Part shown: positions 59,053 to 64,000 of the stretch, in pieces
Layout of the letters: each line of letters starts with the position of its first letter
Numbering within the stretch: position 1 is the first letter of the stretch
Assembly: GCA_949282275.1 (NCBI GenBank)
Contig: CASDOO010000002.1
Location: 2,022-66,021 of the forward strand
From: an uncultured Bacillota bacterium
GTDB lineage: Bacteria > Bacillota_I > Bacilli_A > RFN20 > CAG-288
Direction of reading: 5' to 3'
Length of the DNA: 64,000 nt
Notes under the pieces: model-generated
Databases searched by the model: none
Seen by the model: the letters and a program-made list of their open reading frames with translations, nothing else
What the model was told of the DNA's origin: nothing
Position numbers and translations under genes: made by a program

Positions 59053-61414
59053 TGTTCTCTCCCCTCAGGCAAAGGCCAAGGCTCTTCTTAACCTCCGCGA
59101 CGGCCTTGTCGACGCATTGGGCGATTTCCGCATCCGTGAACGTCTTCTCGCCGGCGATGAAGAGGCTGACGCCCAGATAGTCCGCCCCGTCCTTGTCATC
59201 GTGGAAGAGATCGAAGAGGGCGACGTCGACGATATGGCTGTCCCGCGCCTTGAGGATGGTCCTGCGGACGGTGGCATAGTCGGCCTTGCCATCCAGACGG
59301 AAGGAGAGGTCGCGCCGGACGGGAATCACGTTCTTCCTTCCCTCGACGCGGAAGCGTCCGCCCGACTGGGCAAGAAGATAGCCGAGGTCGAGCTCGCCGA
59401 CGATGGGCTCGCTTCGCTCCACCTTGGGCGAAAGGACGCCAAAGGTTCCGACGAGATCCTTTCCGAGATAGACGTCGGCGCTCGCCATCGGATTGAAGGC
59501 CGCATTGGCGCTGGGAAGGAGACGATAGCGTCCTTCCTTCATTCCCAGCAGGGCAAAGAGCGATTCGATGGCCCCCTTCATCGTCAGGAAGGAATAGGGC
59601 GAGGGAGAATAGGCATCGCACAGATAGGCATTCCCGCTTTGGAGAAGGGAAAGGTAGAGCCTGTTTCCCTTCGGGGTATCGACGGGGGATATCTCAAACA
59701 GCGCCAGGTCATTGTTCTGGCGGCTCTGGTTCCGATGCATGCAGGAAAGAAGGGAGGCAAGAAGGTCGCTGCGCACGAATTCATGGTCCTTGGTCATCGG
59801 ATTGAGGACGCGATAGGAGGGGTCTTCGGAAAAGACGCGAAGGTCACGATCCTCTTCCGCCGAGACGAGGGTGTATGTCAGGCATTGCATGAAGCCCAAG
59901 CCGCGAAGGAGATCCTCGACGGCCCTTTCTTTGCGCTGGCCTTCGTCAAGGCCGCCATAGGTGACCGGGAAATGTTCCAGGGACGGGTGGATGCGCTCGG
60001 CGCCATAGAAACGGAAGACCTCCTCGTCGATGTCGCACTGTTCGCGAAGGTCCGTGCGGTCGACGGGCGGATAGAGAAGGCCATCCTTCCTCTGTATCCG
60101 ATAGCGGGAAAGGACTCTCTCGACTTCCTCTTCGGAGTAGTCGGAGCCAAGACGCCTGTTGAGGCGTTCAAGGGAAAAGGCGATGCCTTCCTTCCTCTCG
60201 GGAAGCCTTTCGTTCCGGCAATAGGAATAGAGGCGATAGCCTTGAAGGAAATGGGGGAGCAGGGCGATGGTGACCTGGATGGCCTCATCGATCAGGTAGG
60301 GATTGCGGCCCTTGCCGAAAAGCTGGCCCGAGAAGGAGGACAGGCCAAGCCTGGAAGCCGTGTGGCGGATGTTCTTGTGATAGAAGCAGGCAAACTCGAT
60401 GTCCACGCCAGTCGTATCCGCATGGACCATGGCCTCCTTACCGGCAGCGATTCCCGCAAGGCAGAGGATGTCCTTTCCCCCGAAGATGACAAGATCGTCC
60501 TTCGCGAGCTTATGTTCCTGTCCGTCGAAGGAAACGAAGGGGCCCTCGTAGTCGTCGCGGGCGACATAGGCAAGGGAAGCATTGTCCTTCGAATCGTAAA
60601 GGTTGAGCGGCTGCCCGGTGAGGAGCATCGCGAAATTGCCAAGATCGACCAGCGGCGAGAGCGGACGGATGCCCGAGGCCTGAAGATAGCGGCGGATGGG
60701 AAGCGGCGTCTCCTTTTTCGGCGTGATGTCGCGAAGGGAAAGGAGGTCGAAGCGAGGGCAGGCCTCGCTTTGGCTTTCGCTCGTGACAAGGCAGGGAAGG
60801 GCGGAAAGGTCGACGTTCTCGAGGGCAACCATCTTCCGTCCCAAAAGGGCGGAAATCTCCCGTGCCAGTCCAAGATAGGAAAGACAATCGGGTCTATTGG
60901 GCAGGACGTTGACGTCCAGGATCGTGTCGTCAAGGCCGAGATAGGAGAGGACGTCTGTCTCGCCGACAGGCGCATCGACGGGAAGTTCCTCGATTCCGGC
61001 AATCTGCTTCTCGTCGAGCATTTCCTTGGGGACGCCCAGTTCGACAAGCGAACAGCACATGCCTTCGGAGGCTTCCCCGCGGATGACTCCCTTGTGGATG
61101 GTGACGCCGATAGCGGGAAGGACGCAGTTCTCCAGGGCGACGATGACCTTGATTCCCTTGCGGGCATTGGGGGCGCCACAGACGATATGGAGAATCCCCT
61201 GTCCGCCGGCATCGATGGTCAGCAGGTGGAGATGGTCGCTGTCGGGATGCCTTTTCTCCTCGAGGACCTCGCCGATGACAAGCCTTGTGGCTTCGGCCAA
61301 GGGCTCTCGTCCCTCGACCTCGAATCCGGAGAATGTCAGACGATCGCAGACCTCATCCAAGGCGATGCCGGAGAGATCCACCAATTTCGATAGCAGTCGA
61401 TAAGAGAATTGCAT
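59045..61414 (-). CDS. pheT: phenylalanyl-tRNA synthetase beta subunit
   Basis: 789 aa. N-terminal tRNA-binding OB fold (VIGEVLEEKRHPDSDHLHLLTIDAG), B3/4 and B5 domains, and a C-terminal anticodon-binding-like domain. Confidence 0.95.
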   Translation of the reverse strand: MQFSYRLLSKLVDLSGIALDEVCDRLTFSGFEVEGREPLAEATRLVIGEVLEEKRHPDSDHLHLLTIDAGGQGILHIVCGAPNARKGIKVIVALENCVLPAIGVTIHKGVIRGEASEGMCCSLVELGVPKEMLDEKQIAGIEELPVDAPVGETDVLSYLGLDDTILDVNVLPNRPDCLSYLGLAREISALLGRKMVALENVDLSALPCLVTSESQSEACPRFDLLSLRDITPKKETPLPIRRYLQASGIRPLSPLVDLGNFAMLLTGQPLNLYDSKDNASLAYVARDDYEGPFVSFDGQEHKLAKDDLVIFGGKDILCLAGIAAGKEAMVHADTTGVDIEFACFYHKNIRHTASRLGLSSFSGQLFGKGRNPYLIDEAIQVTIALLPHFLQGYRLYSYCRNERLPERKEGIAFSLERLNRRLGSDYSEEEVERVLSRYRIQRKDGLLYPPVDRTDLREQCDIDEEVFRFYGAERIHPSLEHFPVTYGGLDEGQRKERAVEDLLRGLGFMQCLTYTLVSAEEDRDLRVFSEDPSYRVLNPMTKDHEFVRSDLLASLLSCMHRNQSRQNNDLALFEISPVDTPKGNRLYLSLLQSGNAYLCDAYSPSPYSFLTMKGAIESLFALLGMKEGRYRLLPSANAAFNPMASADVYLGKDLVGTFGVLSPKVERSEPIVGELDLGYLLAQSGGRFRVEGRKNVIPVRRDLSFRLDGKADYATVRRTILKARDSHIVDVALFDLFHDDKDGADYLGVSLFIAGEKTFTDAEIAQCVDKAVAEVKKSLGLCLRGENNA

Positions 61415-61417
61415 GCC

Positions 61418-62464
61418 TTACTCCTTTCTGAACTGGGCGAGAAAGTCCACATCGTCCAGGTAGAGCTTCTTGATGTCGTCGATTCCGTACTTGAGCATGG
61501 CGATGCGGTCGATGCCAAGGCCGAAGGCAAAGCCCTGGCAAAGGCTCTCGTCATAGCCATTGATGCGAAGGACGTTGGGATGGACCATGCCGGCGCCCAG
61601 GATCTCGATCCAGCCGGTATGCTTGCAGAAGGAACATCCCTTGCCGTTGCACTCGAAGCAGGAGATGTCCGCCTCGATGGACGGCTCCGTGAAGGGAAAG
61701 AAGGAGGGGCGGAAGCGAACGGCGCGTTTTTCGCCGAAGAGATGGCGAAGGAGCTTGGTCAGAAGCTCGAGGAGGTTCGCGAAGGTCGCCTCCCTGGCGA
61801 TGACAAGGCCTTCGATCTGGCCGAACTGATGGGAATGGGTGGCATCGTTGTCGCGACGATAGACCTTTCCGGGGCAGAGGATCTTCACGGGCTCCTTTCC
61901 TTCCATGGCCTTCATGACGCGGGACTGGACGGCGGAGGTGTGACTTCTCAGGATCCAGCCATCGGCGATGGAGAAGGAATCCTGCATGTCCCTGGCGGGG
62001 TGGTCCTTGGGGATGTTGACGCGTTCGAAATTGTTTTCGTCCGTTTCCACTTCCGGACCGTCGGCGACGGTGAAGCCCAGGCCGACGAAGAAGTCGACGA
62101 TTTCGCGGACGGTCTTGAAATAGGGATGGAGCGTCCCCCGTTCCGAATGGAAGCCAGGAAGGGTGATGTCGACCTTCCGCTTTGCCATCTTCGCAAGAAG
62201 GATCTGCTCGTCGATGGCCTTGAGGCGCTCCTCGTAGATCTCGGTCATTGCCGTCTTCAGGTCCGAAAGGATCTGGCCGAATGTCTTCTTCTCCTCGGGC
62301 GAAAGGTCCCGCATTCCCTGATAGAAGCCGGTAAGGGCGCTCTTCTTTCCCAGATGCCTTCCCTTGAAGGCATTCAGGGTATCGAGGCTATCGACTTCCA
62401 GGCTTTCCTTCCGACAGGCTTCCAGGGCCTTCTCGCATTGCAAACGGAATTCTTCGATGGTCAT
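61418..62464 (-). CDS. pheS: phenylalanyl-tRNA synthetase alpha subunit
   Basis: Class II motifs (HPARDMQDSF, CPGKVYRRDNDATHSHQFGQIEG, GFAFGLGIDRIAML). The ATG overlaps the ftsZ TGA. Confidence 0.95.
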   Translation of the reverse strand: MTIEEFRLQCEKALEACRKESLEVDSLDTLNAFKGRHLGKKSALTGFYQGMRDLSPEEKKTFGQILSDLKTAMTEIYEERLKAIDEQILLAKMAKRKVDITLPGFHSERGTLHPYFKTVREIVDFFVGLGFTVADGPEVETDENNFERVNIPKDHPARDMQDSFSIADGWILRSHTSAVQSRVMKAMEGKEPVKILCPGKVYRRDNDATHSHQFGQIEGLVIAREATFANLLELLTKLLRHLFGEKRAVRFRPSFFPFTEPSIEADISCFECNGKGCSFCKHTGWIEILGAGMVHPNVLRINGYDESLCQGFAFGLGIDRIAMLKYGIDDIKKLYLDDVDFLAQFRKE

Positions 62465-63690
62465 TTGGTATCTTCCTCTTTTTCGGTATCCGACGGATGT
62501 TCATTTCTTTCGCCTTCCCTGGCGAAGAGGGTCTTCAGGTAATCCGGGAGCACGGAATTCTCTTCCTCGGCCTTGATTTCCTTCTCGACGCGGCTTTCGC
62601 CCTCGGCAAGCGGCTTGACATAGGCCGGCGTCTCTTCGCGTGTCTTGTCGACGATATAGTTCCTTGTCGAGCGCGTCAGGTTCGTGGTGGGAAGGTTGAG
62701 CTCGATTTCCTTGGCGAAGTCGGTCGCGATGATGGCGATCTTCATCTCGTCCTGGAAGGAAGCGTTCATCTGCACGCCGAAGATGATGTTGACGCCATTG
62801 TCCTTGTCGGCGCCGGCAGCCTCGGTTATGTAGTCGATGGCATGCTGGACGTCGTCGAGGGTAACGTCCTCGCCGACCGTGACGTTGATAATCATCGAGC
62901 GGCTTCCCTTGATGGAAGCTTCCAGAAGCGGCGAATTGATGGCGTTGGTCGCGGCATCGATGGCCTTGTTCTCGCCCTTGCCCATTCCGATTCCGATGAG
63001 GGAGAGTCCCTTTCCCTGAAGGGTCGACTTCACGTCGGCGAAGTCGAGATTGATGATGCCATGAAGCAGGATAAGATCGGTGACGGTGCTGACGGAATCG
63101 GCAAGCGTCCTGTCGGAAACGGCAAAGGCGTTCTTGATGGACTGGCCGCCCGAGCTGAACATCAGTCGGTCATTGGAGACGACGATGAGGGCATCGACGT
63201 TCTTGATAAGCTCGTTGATTCCTTCCAGGGCATTGAGCTTGCGCAGCTTTCCCTCGAAGTTGAAGGGCCTTGTGACGATGGCAAGGACAAGGCAGCCCTC
63301 TTCCCGGCTGGCCCTGGCAACGACGGGAGCGGCACCTGTTCCGGTTCCGCCGCCTTCGCCCACGGCGATGAAGACCATGTCGCAGCCCTTGACGACAAGC
63401 TTGATGTCCTCGTAGGAATCCTCGGCGGCCTTCTTGCCCATTTCCGGGTTTCCGCCGGCGCCAAGTCCCTTGGTGACGTTGCGTCCAAGGACGAGCTTGT
63501 TGGGACAGGGGGAATTGGAAAGGGCCTGGTTGTCCGTGTTGAAGACCCAATACTCGACCTGTTCTTCCTTGTCGTGGATCATCTGGTTGACGGCGTTGGA
63601 TCCGCCGCCACCCACGCCGATGACCTTTATCTTGGCATTCGTCTTCAGCTCGTCTTCGTCGATCATGGCCTTGAGTTCTCTTTCTTCCAT
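62461..63690 (-). CDS. ftsZ: cell division protein FtsZ
   Basis: KVIGVGGGGSNAVNQM, the tubulin signature GLGAGGNPEMG, and NLDFADV. GGAGA SD. Confidence 0.96.
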   Translation of the reverse strand: MEERELKAMIDEDELKTNAKIKVIGVGGGGSNAVNQMIHDKEEQVEYWVFNTDNQALSNSPCPNKLVLGRNVTKGLGAGGNPEMGKKAAEDSYEDIKLVVKGCDMVFIAVGEGGGTGTGAAPVVARASREEGCLVLAIVTRPFNFEGKLRKLNALEGINELIKNVDALIVVSNDRLMFSSGGQSIKNAFAVSDRTLADSVSTVTDLILLHGIINLDFADVKSTLQGKGLSLIGIGMGKGENKAIDAATNAINSPLLEASIKGSRSMIINVTVGEDVTLDDVQHAIDYITEAAGADKDNGVNIIFGVQMNASFQDEMKIAIIATDFAKEIELNLPTTNLTRSTRNYIVDKTREETPAYVKPLAEGESRVEKEIKAEEENSVLPDYLKTLFAREGERNEHPSDTEKEEDTK

Positions 63691-63702
63691 GGCTTAGTCT
63701 CC

Positions 63703-64000
63703 TTAGTTACGACCGAAATAGGTCTTCCTTATCACTTCGTCCTCGGCTTGTCTCTGCCCCTCATTGCTGGAAAGCTGGTAAGGGAGGGAGGAAGCCTTGA
63801 TGGCGCCAAGGCAGGGAATGAAATCCTGGCTTCGCGCGCCGATGGTATTGTTGTTGACGATATAGCATTCCCGTCCGCATCCTTCCGAGAGATAGGCATC
63901 GATTCCCGGAATCTCGGTTCCCGATCCGAAGAGGACCAGCGGGACGTTCTGTTCGAGGCGCAGATCTTCGGCAAGGCTTGCCAACGACGCCAAGAGCGGG
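63703..64000 (-). CDS. ftsA: cell division protein FtsA, C-terminal ~99 aa (5' end beyond window)
   Basis: The frame is open to the window edge. LVLFGSGTEIPGIDAYL...GAIKASS resembles the actin-fold C-terminal part of FtsA. Sits directly upstream of ftsZ. Confidence 0.7.
   Translation of the reverse strand, partial: PLLASLASLAEDLRLEQNVPLVLFGSGTEIPGIDAYLSEGCGRECYIVNNNTIGARSQDFIPCLGAIKASSLPYQLSSNEGQRQAEDEVIRKTYFGRN

Overview
The window is a compact core-genome segment, roughly mid-50s %GC by spot counts of a few lines. It comes from a Bacillota-type chromosome and uses the standard code, since TGA acts as a stop in many ATGA gene overlaps. I call 57 protein genes, almost all housekeeping, from motifs I recognise; no database search was possible. 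Several blocks show Bacillus-like synteny: asp23-nusB-xseA-xseB-dxs-recN, xerD-deoB, yqeG-yqeH-(nadD-like)yqeK-rsfS, plsY/parE-parC, apt-relA-hisS-aspS, ybeY/cdd-era-recO-glyQS-dnaG-sigA-trmK, dnaB-dnaI, mraZ-rsmH, and ftsA-ftsZ. I saw no rRNA, tRNA, CRISPR array, IS element, prophage or recognisable defence island. I therefore cannot claim a new multi-gene system. The most unusual locus is a ~360-bp, ~25 %GC non-coding island at 18647-19007. Gene orientation flips there: 14 of 16 genes on + to the left, 35 of 41 on - to the right, all converging on it. The island holds a 28-bp dif-like XerC/D site and an over-represented GTACTA motif array flanked by 28-nt direct repeats. I interpret it as the replication terminus. 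Other points worth a second look:
- A proximal MraZ operator plus a distal inverted pair of MraZ boxes.
- Four operon heads with a leaderless-mRNA architecture.
- Domain fusions and decay: YbeY-Cdd, a degenerate NadD-like domain fused to YqeK, a DnaI with dead Walker motifs, and a C39-peptidase/ABC membrane protein with no ATPase domain.
- An EF-P without Lys or Arg at the loop tip.
- aaRS genes with no room for T-box leaders.
- A dcw cluster with no murein genes.

Many very long antisense ORFs (up to 1458 aa) are codon-bias shadows, not genes.
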